A stretch of DNA of 64,000 bases from Actinomycetes bacterium (GTDB taxonomy: Bacteria; Actinomycetota; Actinomycetes; Propionibacteriales; Propionibacteriaceae), in NCBI GenBank assembly GCA_023419175.1, contig JAEZYG010000057.1, positions 1,122-65,121 on the forward strand, written 5' to 3'. Under the pieces are notes generated by a model. That model made no database searches and had not been told where the DNA came from. It was given only the letters and a program-made list of their open reading frames with translations. Of the stretch, positions 21,420 through 31,822 are shown in pieces (the stretch's first letter is position 1; every line of letters starts with the position of its first letter). The position numbers were made by a program, and so were the translations under genes.

Positions 21420-21530
21420 TTATCCTTTCTCGGTTCGTGGCCTAAGCCCCTGACGCACATGGCGTAACCGCAATCAGACCGATGATTACACCAACGACAT
21501 ATCGAAAATGTGCGTGCGTAGTTGACGCGC
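21420..21530 (-). promoter_or_regulatory. Putative rpsB (S2) autoregulatory leader
   Basis: Long 5' UTR with GCACAT...ATGTGC pairing followed by GTCAGGGGC; position matches the known S2 leader class. Confidence 0.5.
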
Positions 21531-21552
21531 AGATGCGAGCCGACTCACCATT

Positions 21553-21597
21553 TTATTCACAGATGCCGAGCAGACCAAATGGCATGTTTATCCACAG
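21553..21597 (+). promoter_or_regulatory. Two DnaA-box-like motifs upstream of the M23 gene
   Basis: TTATTCACAG at 21553-21562 and TTATCCACAG at 21588-21597. Confidence 0.5.
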
Positions 21598-21645
21598 ATA
21601 TATCCGCGAACGGCATTTTTACCAACTCGCATCCATCACCTTGTT

Positions 21646-22563
21646 ATGAGAGCAATTCGTCTAGTCGCCATCGGGTTATGCCTTGGATTTTTCCTTCCGC
21701 TAGCGCCCCATGTCCATGCGATATCGCCTCGTTCACCATTGGAGGGACAGATCGTGCGCGAATTCAGCATCGGTAAACACCGTTGGGATCGCGGACATCG
21801 CGGTATCGATATCGCTTCTTATGAGGGAGCCCAGATCGTCTCTCCCGCATCTGGAACGATCCGCTGGGTGGGAGTTATCAATTCGATTCCGATGATGAGC
21901 ATGGTGCACGATGACGGGATCATCACCACCTATCAACCTGTGAAAGCCCTAGTATCGACAGGCGATCGTGTTGAACGCGGTCAAATCATCGCCACCCTCA
22001 TTTCAGGACATTGCGATCAGGGAGCTTGTCTCCATTTCGGAGTCAAGGAAAACGACCGCTATATCGATCCGCAGATGTGGCTCTTATCAAAGCGAGCTGA
22101 AAAAGTCCGTCTTCTTCCTGCTTCTGCGAAAGTACGCTCCTTCCCTCCAGGAAACTCAGCCGAGATATCTCCTGACGGGCTTCCGGTTGCTGGACCGATC
22201 ACCTCTGGATGGGGACCGCGTATCTCCCCTATCAGCGGCAATCCAGAATTTCACGATGGCGTCGATATCGGAGCGGATTGCGGCTCTCCCATCGCTGCTC
22301 TTTGGCCAGGTGAAGTGATATTCATTGGAGAAGCTGGCGGATATGGTCAGCGCGTAGAGGTGGATCATGGAATCGTCAACGGACATCACCTGGTCAGTTC
22401 CTATTCCCATCTGTCCACCTACCATGTCGAGATAGGTCAGAAAATCCAACGCGGACAAACCATCGCAGAAGTAGGGACAACCGGGTGGTCGACTGGATGC
22501 CATTTGCACTGGTCAATCGTGACCGATGGAGAAAATGTCGATCCGTTGAGCGTGATCTCATGA
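21646..22563 (+). CDS. Secreted peptidase with two tandem M23 domains
   Basis: Signal peptide (..HVHA); domain 1 HRGID...CLHFG; domain 2 HDGVD...YSHL...STGCHLH. Confidence 0.88.
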   Translation: MRAIRLVAIGLCLGFFLPLAPHVHAISPRSPLEGQIVREFSIGKHRWDRGHRGIDIASYEGAQIVSPASGTIRWVGVINSIPMMSMVHDDGIITTYQPVKALVSTGDRVERGQIIATLISGHCDQGACLHFGVKENDRYIDPQMWLLSKRAEKVRLLPASAKVRSFPPGNSAEISPDGLPVAGPITSGWGPRISPISGNPEFHDGVDIGADCGSPIAALWPGEVIFIGEAGGYGQRVEVDHGIVNGHHLVSSYSHLSTYHVEIGQKIQRGQTIAEVGTTGWSTGCHLHWSIVTDGENVDPLSVIS

Positions 22564-22605
22564 TGAGCCATCGCTTCTCTCGAACGCTCATTCACAAGAC
22601 AGTTT

Positions 22606-23529
22606 TTATGCTCGTGGATGAGCCTGTTCAAAAGCCTTTTTCAAGCGTTGAGCGCTCACATGGGTATAGATCTGGGTTGTCGCCACCGAGGAATGTCCGA
22701 GCATCTCTTGCACGCTTCGCAGGTCTGCTCCCCCTTCCAAAAGATGTGTTGCCATCGCATGTCTCAAGCCGTGAGGAGCCAGATCGGGAGTATCGGGAAG
22801 AGTCTTCATAGCCGCGTGGACGATGCGGCGTACCACTCTTGGGTCAATACGTTTACCGCGAATACCGAGGAAGAGAGCGTCACCGCTTTCGGGTAGGCAA
22901 TATCTATCCCGAACCTTTAACCATCCGTCCACCGCTTTCCATGCGGGACGTCCGATGGGAACTCTGCGATATTTACTTCCCTTACCGAAGACGGTGATGA
23001 GCTGACGCCCTTCATCTAAATCCGAACGGTTCAAAGCACACATTTCGGAGACCCGAATCCCTCCGGCATAGAGTATCTCCATCATCGCGAGATCCCGATA
23101 AGCGATGGGATTCGTACCATCAATGCCTTCGCTCAAGGCGTTGAGAACGAGACGCATCTGTTCCGATGAGACGCTCACCGGTAGACGGGAAGGCGCTTTG
23201 GGAGATTTCACGATGGCGGCAGGATTGGCATCGAGCAATCCTTGTTCAACGCACCAGGAAAAAAAGACACGTATCGAGGCGACATGACGTTGAAGGGAGC
23301 TGGGCGCTAGACCATCTCGTTGACGTTGAGCCAACCACTGTCTGAGAAAGGAAACATCGATAGTATCGATTCTCTCACGTCCGTGAACAAGAGCGTAAGC
23401 AACCAGATCATCCAGATCGGCTCGATAAGCTTTTTGTGTATGCTCAGAACGACGCAGACTCTCAGCAAGATCTTTAACAAAGGCATCCACGACAGCGGAA
23501 TAGTGACTGGCTGCCACAGCCTTGCCCAT
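22606..23529 (-). CDS. xerC: Tyrosine recombinase XerC
   Basis: GIRVSE, GKGSKYR, PHGLRHAMATHLL, LGHSSVATTQIYTHV; GGAGG RBS before ATG 23529; conserved position near rpsB. Confidence 0.92.
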   Translation of the reverse strand: MGKAVAASHYSAVVDAFVKDLAESLRRSEHTQKAYRADLDDLVAYALVHGRERIDTIDVSFLRQWLAQRQRDGLAPSSLQRHVASIRVFFSWCVEQGLLDANPAAIVKSPKAPSRLPVSVSSEQMRLVLNALSEGIDGTNPIAYRDLAMMEILYAGGIRVSEMCALNRSDLDEGRQLITVFGKGSKYRRVPIGRPAWKAVDGWLKVRDRYCLPESGDALFLGIRGKRIDPRVVRRIVHAAMKTLPDTPDLAPHGLRHAMATHLLEGGADLRSVQEMLGHSSVATTQIYTHVSAQRLKKAFEQAHPRA

Positions 23530-23650
23530 CGTGCCTCCAAAGGTGTTCAGATCACGCGAAGGTGATATATCTAATAGCGTCTGATCGTCACCATACCGCC
23601 AGAAGGTGACTTTCACACAGGTAATGATGTGGTCAAAGGAAGAGAGCGAT

Positions 23651-24232
23651 ATGCCGACCCCACAAGAATGGGCCGATAAAGGCACGGTGCTGCGTATTAC
23701 CCGCTGGGATGAAGCGGTCATGAGAACACCAACCCGTGAAGTCACCTCCTTTGACGATGATCTTCACAAACTTATCGCCGATATGTTCGCCACGATGAAA
23801 GCTGCAGACGGTGTTGGACTAGCTGCCCCACAGGTGGATGTGGGATTGGCAATTTTCGTCTTCGAATGTCCCGATGCCGATGGACAGATCCATTACGGGG
23901 TCGTATGCAATCCCACCGTCACCTTGCCAGAAGGAAGTTCACGCCGTCTTGACGCTACCGAGGAAGGATGTTTGAGCTGGCCTGGCGCCTATCAGTCTCT
24001 CGCCCGTCCCGATTACGCCATCTGTGAGGGTGTGGACGAAAATGGCGATCCCGTCCGTATCGAAGCGACTGGCCTCTTGGCTCGCTGTATGCAACATGAG
24101 ACCGATCACCTGGGCGGCATCGTTTTTGGGGATCGTCTCTCGAACCGTGCACGACGTCAACTCGATAAACAGAAAGAAGCCCTGGCATATCTCTATCCCG
24201 ACGATTGGCCGATTACGCCTAAGGGGGCCTAA
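23651..24232 (+). CDS. def: Peptide deformylase
   Basis: GVGLAAPQV, EGCLS, QHETDHL; AAGGA upstream of ATG 23651. Confidence 0.95.
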   Translation: MPTPQEWADKGTVLRITRWDEAVMRTPTREVTSFDDDLHKLIADMFATMKAADGVGLAAPQVDVGLAIFVFECPDADGQIHYGVVCNPTVTLPEGSSRRLDATEEGCLSWPGAYQSLARPDYAICEGVDENGDPVRIEATGLLARCMQHETDHLGGIVFGDRLSNRARRQLDKQKEALAYLYPDDWPITPKGA

Positions 24233-24234
24233 AG

Positions 24235-25941
24235 ATGTCAAATGATTTTGTCTATATCCGCCGCAAGGATCGTGATTTAGTCAAGATCTCCACCCGTGGA
24301 CGCGATGTCCTCGCCAATCCGATGATCAACTTCGGTACCGCTTTCACCCATGAACAGCGTGAAGCTCTCGGACTGACAGGCTTGTTGCCCTCCGCAGTTA
24401 TCTCTATGGAATCGCAATTGCGCCGTGTCTATAGGCAATACAGCGCAGAACCATCAGATATTGCAAAATATATTTATCTGTCCACCTTGCAAGATCGCAA
24501 TGAAACCCTTTTCTATCGCCTCTTGACGGAAAATATCGAAGAGATGATGCCGATCGTCTACACACCGACGATTGGCAAAGCGATTCAAAATTACAGCCAT
24601 TCCTTCCATAAACCTCGCGGTGTCTATATCAGCATCGATGATGTAGACGGGATTGAACAGGCTTTGCGTAATGCCGCCCATGGGCCAGACGATGTCGATT
24701 TGATCGTCGTAACCGATTCCGAAGGAATTTTAGGTATCGGCGATCAAGGTGTAGGCGGCGTGGCCATCACCACTGGGAAGCTCAATGTCTATGTGGCCGC
24801 CGCAGGTATTCATCCGCACCGCGTTCTGCCCATCGTCTTGGATAGCGGTACGGATAATCTCGATTTACTCAACGATCCCGCCTATCTGGGCGTTCGCCAC
24901 AGCAGAATCCGTGGAGAACGCTATGACCAATTCATCGCTACCTTCGTGGAGGCGGTCAAGAAATGCTACCCCCACGCCATGTTGCATTGGGAAGATTTCG
25001 CCGCCAGTAATGCCCACCGTCTTCTAGATACCTATCGCGATGAGATCTGCAGCTTTAATGACGATATTCAAGGCACGGCTGGCGTCGTAGTTGCCGCTTT
25101 ACTGTCGGCGATCAGGACGGCAGGCACCTCCCTCGCCGATCAGCGTATCGTCATCCATGGAGCTGGCAGCGCTGGAGTGGGAATCGCCGATTTGCTCGTC
25201 GATATCATGGTTCGCGAAGGAATGAGCAGAGACGAGGCGATTCACCATTTCTGGGGTCTGTCCTCCCATGGTCTGTTGATCGAGGGGATGAAACTGCGCG
25301 ATTTCCAAGAACCCTATGCTCGCTCTCGAGCAGAGGTGGATCATTGGACTGTCGATACACCAGGCGTTTACCGTCTTGCCGATGTCGTGCGCAATGTGCG
25401 TCCAACTATTTTGATCGGCACATCTGCTCAAGCTGGAGCTTTCACCCGTTCGATTATCGAAACGATGGCTGCGTCCACTGAACGTCCGATTATCATGCCT
25501 TTATCGAATCCGACATCGAGAGCGGAAGCCACCCCGGAAGAGCTTTTAGCCTGGACGAAGGGAACGGCTTTGATCGCCACAGGATCTCCCTTTGGTCCAC
25601 TCACCTATGGAAATACCCGTTATGAGATCGCTCAGGCGAATAACGCCTTGATCTTCCCTGGTATCGGTTTGGGCGTCATCACCTGTCGCGCGTCAAAGGT
25701 CAGCGATACGATGGTCGGTGCTGCCGCTCAAGCTGTCGCCGATGCTGTCACAGATCGCTCCTATGGGGCATCCTTGCTGCCAACGATGACACAGCTTCGT
25801 TCAATTTCAGCTCAGGTGGCGGTGCGCGTCTGTCAGCAGGCTGAGATTGAAGGATTGGCAACCGTCACCTTAGATAATCCGATTCAGGAAGTCTATGACG
25901 CGATGTGGCAACCGGTCTATCCCGAGGTGGAAGCGGTCTAG
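24235..25941 (+). CDS. NAD-dependent malic enzyme
   Basis: PIVYTPTIG, ILGIGDQG, FNDDIQGT, GAGSAGVG, PLSNPT, QANNALIFPG. Confidence 0.93.
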   Translation: MSNDFVYIRRKDRDLVKISTRGRDVLANPMINFGTAFTHEQREALGLTGLLPSAVISMESQLRRVYRQYSAEPSDIAKYIYLSTLQDRNETLFYRLLTENIEEMMPIVYTPTIGKAIQNYSHSFHKPRGVYISIDDVDGIEQALRNAAHGPDDVDLIVVTDSEGILGIGDQGVGGVAITTGKLNVYVAAAGIHPHRVLPIVLDSGTDNLDLLNDPAYLGVRHSRIRGERYDQFIATFVEAVKKCYPHAMLHWEDFAASNAHRLLDTYRDEICSFNDDIQGTAGVVVAALLSAIRTAGTSLADQRIVIHGAGSAGVGIADLLVDIMVREGMSRDEAIHHFWGLSSHGLLIEGMKLRDFQEPYARSRAEVDHWTVDTPGVYRLADVVRNVRPTILIGTSAQAGAFTRSIIETMAASTERPIIMPLSNPTSRAEATPEELLAWTKGTALIATGSPFGPLTYGNTRYEIAQANNALIFPGIGLGVITCRASKVSDTMVGAAAQAVADAVTDRSYGASLLPTMTQLRSISAQVAVRVCQQAEIEGLATVTLDNPIQEVYDAMWQPVYPEVEAV

Positions 25942-26756
25942 CACCTTTGGTGCGGCCGTAGCTGATAGCAGGCGATAGCGCAGGCTGCAGCAACATTGAG
26001 TGAATCGATACCACGAGCCATCGGAATGGTAAGTGTCACGTCCGCTTGGGAAAGCCAACGGCTCGATAGACCATCTCCTTCTGTTCCCATGAGTATGGCG
26101 ATCTTGTCATGGTCGCCAACAGTCGCGGCATAGTTATCCAGATCGATGGCTCCTTCGCTCAATGCCATCGCAGCAAGGACAAATCCGGCTTCTTTAAGAC
26201 GTAGAAGCCCATCTTTCCAATCGTCGATCCTCGCCCACGGCATGACCAGAGATGATCCCATCGAAGTTTTGATCGCTCGCCGATACAGCGGATCCGCAGC
26301 GCGCGGGGCGAGCAAGATTCCATCCCAACCCAAGCCTGCAGCGCACCTGATGATCGCCCCCACATTGGTGTGATCGACGATATCTTCACAGACGATTAAG
26401 CGTCGGGAGTTGATAAGATCGTCCAGATGGTACCGCTGTTCGCGTTCAAAAATACCGAGCGCTCCGCGATGGACATGAAAACCTGTGATCTTCTCTGCTT
26501 CCTTTTCTTCACATAGATAGATCGGAAGATCGAGATCATCTACCAGCGGACGAAGTTGGTCATACCATTTGCTCGCCAACATGAAAGATCGCGGGCGATA
26601 TCCGGCCTCCAAAGCTCGACGGATGATCTTTATCCCCTCTGCAACGAATAGTCCTCTCTTAGCTTCCAATGATCTTCTCAACTGGACATCTCGCAGATGG
26701 GTATAGTCCGAAAGATCCTCGGCGTCCACATCATCGATCTCGATTATCTGTGCCAC
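25938..26756 (-). CDS. TrmH/SpoU-family RNA methyltransferase
   Basis: NVGAIIR, MGTEGDGLS, IPMARGIDSLNVAAA. Confidence 0.92.
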   Translation of the reverse strand: MAQIIEIDDVDAEDLSDYTHLRDVQLRRSLEAKRGLFVAEGIKIIRRALEAGYRPRSFMLASKWYDQLRPLVDDLDLPIYLCEEKEAEKITGFHVHRGALGIFEREQRYHLDDLINSRRLIVCEDIVDHTNVGAIIRCAAGLGWDGILLAPRAADPLYRRAIKTSMGSSLVMPWARIDDWKDGLLRLKEAGFVLAAMALSEGAIDLDNYAATVGDHDKIAILMGTEGDGLSSRWLSQADVTLTIPMARGIDSLNVAAACAIACYQLRPHQRC

Positions 26757-26807
26757 GATGTCAGTCTATCTGCCAGATAGGTGGGTATCGCGTTCTACAC
26801 TGGCAAG

Positions 26808-27794
26808 GTGAACTTAGCTTTTCTTCGACGTTTTCATATCGATTATTTCCTGATCGGAATTATCGTGGCGGCGATCATCGCTTCCTTCCTCCCCGCTCGC
26901 GGAATAGGAGTCGATATCGTCGACTGGGCGGCGAAGATCATGATCGCCATTCTTTTCTTTCTTTACGGAGTACGCCTCAAGCCGTCCGAAACGATCGCAG
27001 GTTTAAAGCATTGGCGTCTCCATCTGATGATTTTGGCATTCACCTTCCTCATCTTTCCCCTTGTCGGGATAGGCCTTTCTTTGGGAAGTGACCATCTTTA
27101 TTCATCTGAGATCTACCGCGGATTACTCTTTATCTGTTTACTACCTTCAACCGTGCAATCATCGATCAACTTCACATCGATCGCTCGGGGAAATGTCGCT
27201 GCCGCTATCGTCAGCGCCTCTGTGTCCAATCTTCTAGGCGTCATCATCACACCTCTACTAGCCATAGCTTTGATGAGCACGACAGGTTTACACATCGACG
27301 CTTCATCCATTGTCGATATCGCTGCTCAAATCCTTCTCCCCTTCCTTTTAGGACAACTATCTCGCAGGTGGATAAGCGATTTCGTCTCGCGCCATCCGCG
27401 CTTGAAATTAGTCGATCAGGCTTCGATCATTCTCGTTGTCTACAAGGCATTTGGCGAGGGAGTACGAGCTGGAATCTGGCAGCGGACTTCACTGAAGGAC
27501 GTAGTAATCATCACTATTATCTGCGCTCTTATCTTGGCTTTCATGTTGAGCGCCACGTGGATATTATCTCAACGTTTGGGTTTCAACCGTGCGGATCAGA
27601 TTGCAATTCAATTCTGTGGAACGAAAAAATCTTTAGCGACCGGTGTGCCGATGGCTTCAGTCATGTTCCCCGCGGCCTCTGTCGGTCTGCTCGTATTGCC
27701 TCTGATGATCTTTCACCAGATGCAGCTTATGGTCTGTTCAGCTTTGGCAAGCAGATATGGAGCCTATCAATCTGACAAGGAGCAATCGGCATAG
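26808..27794 (+). CDS. Bile acid:sodium symporter-like (YfeH/SBF-like) transporter
   Basis: LPSTVQSS, GNVAAA, FCGTKKSLATGVPMA; leaderless-type start TACACT-N6-GTG. Confidence 0.88.
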   Translation: MNLAFLRRFHIDYFLIGIIVAAIIASFLPARGIGVDIVDWAAKIMIAILFFLYGVRLKPSETIAGLKHWRLHLMILAFTFLIFPLVGIGLSLGSDHLYSSEIYRGLLFICLLPSTVQSSINFTSIARGNVAAAIVSASVSNLLGVIITPLLAIALMSTTGLHIDASSIVDIAAQILLPFLLGQLSRRWISDFVSRHPRLKLVDQASIILVVYKAFGEGVRAGIWQRTSLKDVVIITIICALILAFMLSATWILSQRLGFNRADQIAIQFCGTKKSLATGVPMASVMFPAASVGLLVLPLMIFHQMQLMVCSALASRYGAYQSDKEQSA

Positions 27795-27795
27795 G

Positions 27796-28596
27796 CTAGA
27801 TCGCTCTGATCTTCCTCACTGCGCGAGCGCTCCAGCGTCCATCGCTCTTGGTGACAGACAGAGGCAATCCAAAAGTTTGGGTCATAATGTCGTCAGTCAG
27901 CACCTGATCGATAGGTCCAGCGGCATGGACTTTACCATTGGCAAGCATAAGAGCGTGGGTGATACCTTCTGGGATCTCCTCAACGTGATGTGTGACCAAT
28001 ACCATTGTCGGCGCATAGGGATCATCACATAGATCTGAAAGAGTCTGAACGAGAATCTCTCGTCCAGCAAGGTCAAGACCTGCTCCTGGTTCGTCTAAAA
28101 GCAGTAATTCAGGATCTGCCATGAGGGCTCGCGCAATCTCCACCCTCTTGCGTTCCCCCTCGGATAATGTTCCAAAAGAGCGATCCGCCAACTGCTTGAC
28201 ACGTAACTCTCTCATGAGTTGATCGGCGCGTTCATAATCGACCGCGTCGTAATCCTCACGCCATCTACCCATCACTCCATAGGAAGCGGAGACGACCACA
28301 TCGCTGACCTTTTCCTGATAGGGGATGCGTTGGGCGATAGCTGCCGAGCATAGACCGATACGCGGACGCAGCTCAAAGACATCCACAGCTCCAAGATATT
28401 CGCCGAGTAATTCAACCACTCCGTTGGTGGGATGCATCTGCGCGCTGAGCAATTGCAACATCGTGGTCTTCCCCGCTCCATTGGGGCCGATCACAACCCA
28501 GCGCTGACCTTCTTCTATGACGAAAGAGACATCGTCAAGCAGATGGGCTTGTCCGCGACGCACGACAACGCGATGAAACTCGGCGACTGCAACCAT
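27796..28596 (-). CDS. ABC ATP-binding protein (ModF/YlmA-like)
   Basis: GPNGAGKTT, LSEGERKR, LLLLDEP, VTHHVEEIP. Confidence 0.88.
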   Translation of the reverse strand: MVAVAEFHRVVVRRGQAHLLDDVSFVIEEGQRWVVIGPNGAGKTTMLQLLSAQMHPTNGVVELLGEYLGAVDVFELRPRIGLCSAAIAQRIPYQEKVSDVVVSASYGVMGRWREDYDAVDYERADQLMRELRVKQLADRSFGTLSEGERKRVEIARALMADPELLLLDEPGAGLDLAGREILVQTLSDLCDDPYAPTMVLVTHHVEEIPEGITHALMLANGKVHAAGPIDQVLTDDIMTQTFGLPLSVTKSDGRWSARAVRKIRAI

Positions 28597-28705
28597 AGTT
28601 CGACCTTACCCGTTTTCTTGAGTGGACGCTGAATGACCTCCCAGAAAAAGAGGGAGAAAGCCTCCCCGTTCACGATCAGCGAGATGAACGGGAAGGCTTT
28701 GATCT

Positions 28706-29479
28706 TTAGGCTCCTGTGGAGTGGAGCCCTCCATCAACATAGAGGATGTCTCCAGTGGTGGCTTCCGTCCAATCGCTGAGCAACATACAAATCCCGCGTC
28801 CGACTGGCATCGCATCTTTAGGATTCCATCCCAAAGGGGCGCGTTCATTCCAAATATCGTTAAACGATTCTCCACCTGGGATCGCCGTCTTCGCCACGGT
28901 ATCAATCGGACCGGCAGCAACGAGATTGCAGCGGATTCCTTCGGGGCCGAGATAGCGAGCGAGATAGCGGCTTGTCGATTCCAAACCGGCTTTCGCCACA
29001 CCCATCCAGTCATAGCTAGGCCATGTGACGGTGGCATCAAAGGTAAGTCCGACCACTGATGATCCTGCACGCATCATGGGACGCAACGCCATGGTCAAAC
29101 TCTTCAACGAATAGACCGATGTATGCAAAGACAAGGAAACATCGTCCCATTGCGTCTCTAAGAAAGCTCCACCCAAAGCTCGCTTGGGGTTAGCAAAAGC
29201 GATGGAATGGACGATTCCATCCACGTGATCGAAACCAAGCTGCGTAAGTTGAGCAGGTAAAGAGGCTAGATGATCGGCATTAGTGACGTCTAATTCGATA
29301 ACCTCGGGAATCGGATCGAGCTTTTTCACCACTCTTCGAGTGAGGCTCACTCCACGTCCCAGATTGGAAACGATGATATTAGCTCCCTCTTGTTGGGCGA
29401 TTTTCGCTGCTGCGAAAGCGATCGAGGTATCGAGCGTTACACCTGTGATGAAGATATTTTTACCTTCGAGAATTCCCAT
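28706..29479 (-). CDS. fabI: Enoyl-ACP reductase (InhA-type)
   Basis: SIAF, GLTFDA, YDWMGVAKAGLES, NLVAAGPI; directly downstream of fabG. Confidence 0.93.
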   Translation of the reverse strand: MGILEGKNIFITGVTLDTSIAFAAAKIAQQEGANIIVSNLGRGVSLTRRVVKKLDPIPEVIELDVTNADHLASLPAQLTQLGFDHVDGIVHSIAFANPKRALGGAFLETQWDDVSLSLHTSVYSLKSLTMALRPMMRAGSSVVGLTFDATVTWPSYDWMGVAKAGLESTSRYLARYLGPEGIRCNLVAAGPIDTVAKTAIPGGESFNDIWNERAPLGWNPKDAMPVGRGICMLLSDWTEATTGDILYVDGGLHSTGA

Positions 29480-29480
29480 A

Positions 29481-30203
29481 TCAATATCCCATTCCCAAGC
29501 CGCCATCAACCGGAATGAGAGCTCCGGAGATATAGCTTGACTGTCGATGTACTAAAAATTCTACGAGATGAGCGACGTCATCAACTTTTCCTGGACGTCC
29601 GGCGGGAATCTGAGCGAGATAGTTTTCTTTAGTCTTATCGTCGAGAATATCGGTCATCTCCGTCTCGATAAATCCTGGAGCGACCACATTGACGGTGATG
29701 TCGCGAGATGCCACCTCACGGGTTAAAGCTCGCGCCATGCCGATAAGTCCAGACTTGCTTGCAGCGTAATTGACCTGTCCCGCAGCTCCATGCATAGCGC
29801 TCACAGATGAGATCAAAACGATCCTTCCGAAGCGATTTTTTACCATCGGACGAATAGCTCGCCGCACCATTCGATATGTCCCGGAAAGATTGGTCTCGAT
29901 CACATCGTTCCAGCTTTCCTCATCCATACGCATGAGTAGAGCATCTCGAGTGATACCGGCATTGGCCACCAAGATGCTGATCGAGCCGAGCTCTGCCTCA
30001 ATGGATGTATAGACCTGATCGACCTGATCGGCATATCGAATATCGGCTTTATATGCTTTCACACCTTCAGGTGCTCGTCCAGATGTCGATAGTCCAGCAA
30101 CGCGATATCCCGCTTTCACCAGACGGATAGCGATCGCTTCTCCAATACCTCGACTAGCGCCTGTAACGAGGGCGACCGGATCGGCATTCATCGTAGGAGT
30201 CAT
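29481..30203 (-). CDS. fabG: 3-oxoacyl-ACP reductase
   Basis: TGASRGIG, ANAGITRD, NYAASKSG, VAPGFIET. Confidence 0.93.
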   Translation of the reverse strand: MTPTMNADPVALVTGASRGIGEAIAIRLVKAGYRVAGLSTSGRAPEGVKAYKADIRYADQVDQVYTSIEAELGSISILVANAGITRDALLMRMDEESWNDVIETNLSGTYRMVRRAIRPMVKNRFGRIVLISSVSAMHGAAGQVNYAASKSGLIGMARALTREVASRDITVNVVAPGFIETEMTDILDDKTKENYLAQIPAGRPGKVDDVAHLVEFLVHRQSSYISGALIPVDGGLGMGY

Positions 30204-30361
30204 GTCTACAATTTATCCTTTTTACTTATCGGAAGCTGACGAGAAGCTCACGAATACTTACTTTCCTTTCTGTTCATACCCCACATATTCTCTGGCGAGA
30301 ACAGCCACAGAATGTGACATGTCCGATCACAGAACTTCTCTTTACGACAAGAAGCCTGTCT

Positions 30362-31165
30362 TTATCCGATGATGCGGGAGGTGAGTTGTGTGATGGTGAT
30401 GGGATATGTGGTGTGGGTAGTGGTGGCAAGCGTGCCGTGGTGTGTATCTGTAGTCCAGGTGATAGTCCACAAGGTGGTGGCGGTGATGGTGTAGGTGCCT
30501 GTTTGGGTATAGGTATATCCGCATGTGGGAGATGGCTCCCATGGGTTGGTGTTGTGTGGTCGAGATGATGTGGTGGTGCAATCGATATGGCTACCATCTC
30601 CCATATCGAAACGAGTCATAGTTCGCGTGGCGTTGATGGTGATGGTAATCCCATTGGTTGACAGATGGGAATGATGGGTCTTATCACCGGTGAGGACAAG
30701 CCAAAGAGGAAGATTGACCACATGTTTTTTCCATCTGTTGTTCATCGGGTCGGGTTGAACGATCACAGTTGGGTGTGGGAGGGGTGATTCTAAAAGTGCG
30801 TGAGCGACTAAGGAGCGCAGCGTTTCCTCATTGATCGTAGATGGGTCATCATCTGGAGGAAGTGATGGGGTGAGGGGATCCATCATCACCCAGGTATTGT
30901 GATCATCGTAATAAACCCGTGGAGAAAACATAGGACGATCATCATCTGCATGATCGTTAGGTGAGCCCTCGTTGGATAACAACACCTCAGCACGATCATG
31001 ATCCTGCCAACGCTTCTCAACCTCAACACGAACCGTCTGATCAGAAACCGAACTATCTACACTATGAATTGTATAGATTGGACTCTTAGCAAAAGCCGAA
31101 GAAGATAGAACAATTCCATAGACAAGTACCATTACAAATGGAATATATTTTATTCGAATGGGCAT
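30362..31165 (-). CDS. Secreted hypothetical protein with a Thr-rich PKD/Ig-like C-terminal domain
   Basis: Signal peptide ending SAFA; VNLPLWL, FDMGDG..C...CGYTYTQTGTYTITATTLW; overlaps the upstream lipoprotein gene by 16 nt. Confidence 0.7.
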   Translation of the reverse strand: MPIRIKYIPFVMVLVYGIVLSSSAFAKSPIYTIHSVDSSVSDQTVRVEVEKRWQDHDRAEVLLSNEGSPNDHADDDRPMFSPRVYYDDHNTWVMMDPLTPSLPPDDDPSTINEETLRSLVAHALLESPLPHPTVIVQPDPMNNRWKKHVVNLPLWLVLTGDKTHHSHLSTNGITITINATRTMTRFDMGDGSHIDCTTTSSRPHNTNPWEPSPTCGYTYTQTGTYTITATTLWTITWTTDTHHGTLATTTHTTYPITITQLTSRIIG

Positions 31166-31725
31166 ACTTCTTTCTCCTCTGTCATACCGTCAACAATGAC
31201 TAAATGATCTCCCGCCCACTTCATAGAGACAGTGTCAAAAGCTATATGCTTCGCCTCGATCTTTTCACCATCCTTATTAGTGGCATAAAAACCATCAGGC
31301 ATAAGACGACATACATTCACTCTTGCTATCCCTTCTTGAATAAAAGGCGTGCTTTTAGCAACTTTGTATGAGGCTTGCGAAGCATTCGGGGAAACCCACC
31401 CGCCATCCAAAACCGCTGAGCGCACATTTTCAATCGCGGTGGTGTACTCACCGCCCGTATAGCGATATACCTCATCAGGTAACCTCTCAGAAGGTGCTTC
31501 TTCCCATTTCGCCATCGCTGAGAAAAAAGCTGTCGCTGTCTTGTTAGCCTCAGCGAAAATCTCATCGTCAGAACGCGAAAAAAACTCCCCAGGACTGATC
31601 ACAGAAGTAGAAGCAGAAACAGACGGCACAGGCTCTGCCACCTGCGGAGAAACACCTCCTTTCCCACACCCTGCCAACAAGACAGCACCACTCACACATA
31701 GCACAACCCCGCCACGACAACGCAT
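31150..31725 (-). CDS. Hypothetical lipoprotein
   Basis: GAGGAGG RBS, LLAGC lipobox, Ser/Pro/Val linker, Cys pair (VNVCR...EVCPFE). Confidence 0.78.
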   Translation of the reverse strand: MRCRGGVVLCVSGAVLLAGCGKGGVSPQVAEPVPSVSASTSVISPGEFFSRSDDEIFAEANKTATAFFSAMAKWEEAPSERLPDEVYRYTGGEYTTAIENVRSAVLDGGWVSPNASQASYKVAKSTPFIQEGIARVNVCRLMPDGFYATNKDGEKIEAKHIAFDTVSMKWAGDHLVIVDGMTEEKEVCPFE

Positions 31726-31791
31726 CGATCCTCCTCATCGAGACCACCAGATACGCCAAGCATGACAGAAAAACCAAGCGCCACAAGACGC

Positions 31792-31822
31792 CTGTGGACA
31801 ACCAGCGAAAAGTCTGTGGAAA
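31792..31822 (-). promoter_or_regulatory. Two DnaA-box-like motifs upstream of the lipoprotein gene
   Basis: On the - strand TTTCCACAG (31814-31822) and TTGTCCACAG (31792-31801). Confidence 0.5.

Noticed and set aside
22606..23745. Tyrosine recombinase as a phage/ICE integrase; 379-aa extended ORF
   Set aside because: Housekeeping XerC at its conserved location with no att/tRNA or cargo. The extension overlaps the divergent def gene, and the RBS supports a start at 23529
30274..30597. Pro/His-rich and Gly/Val-rich ORFs in alternative frames
   Set aside because: By-products of the extreme compositional skew within the real 267-aa gene
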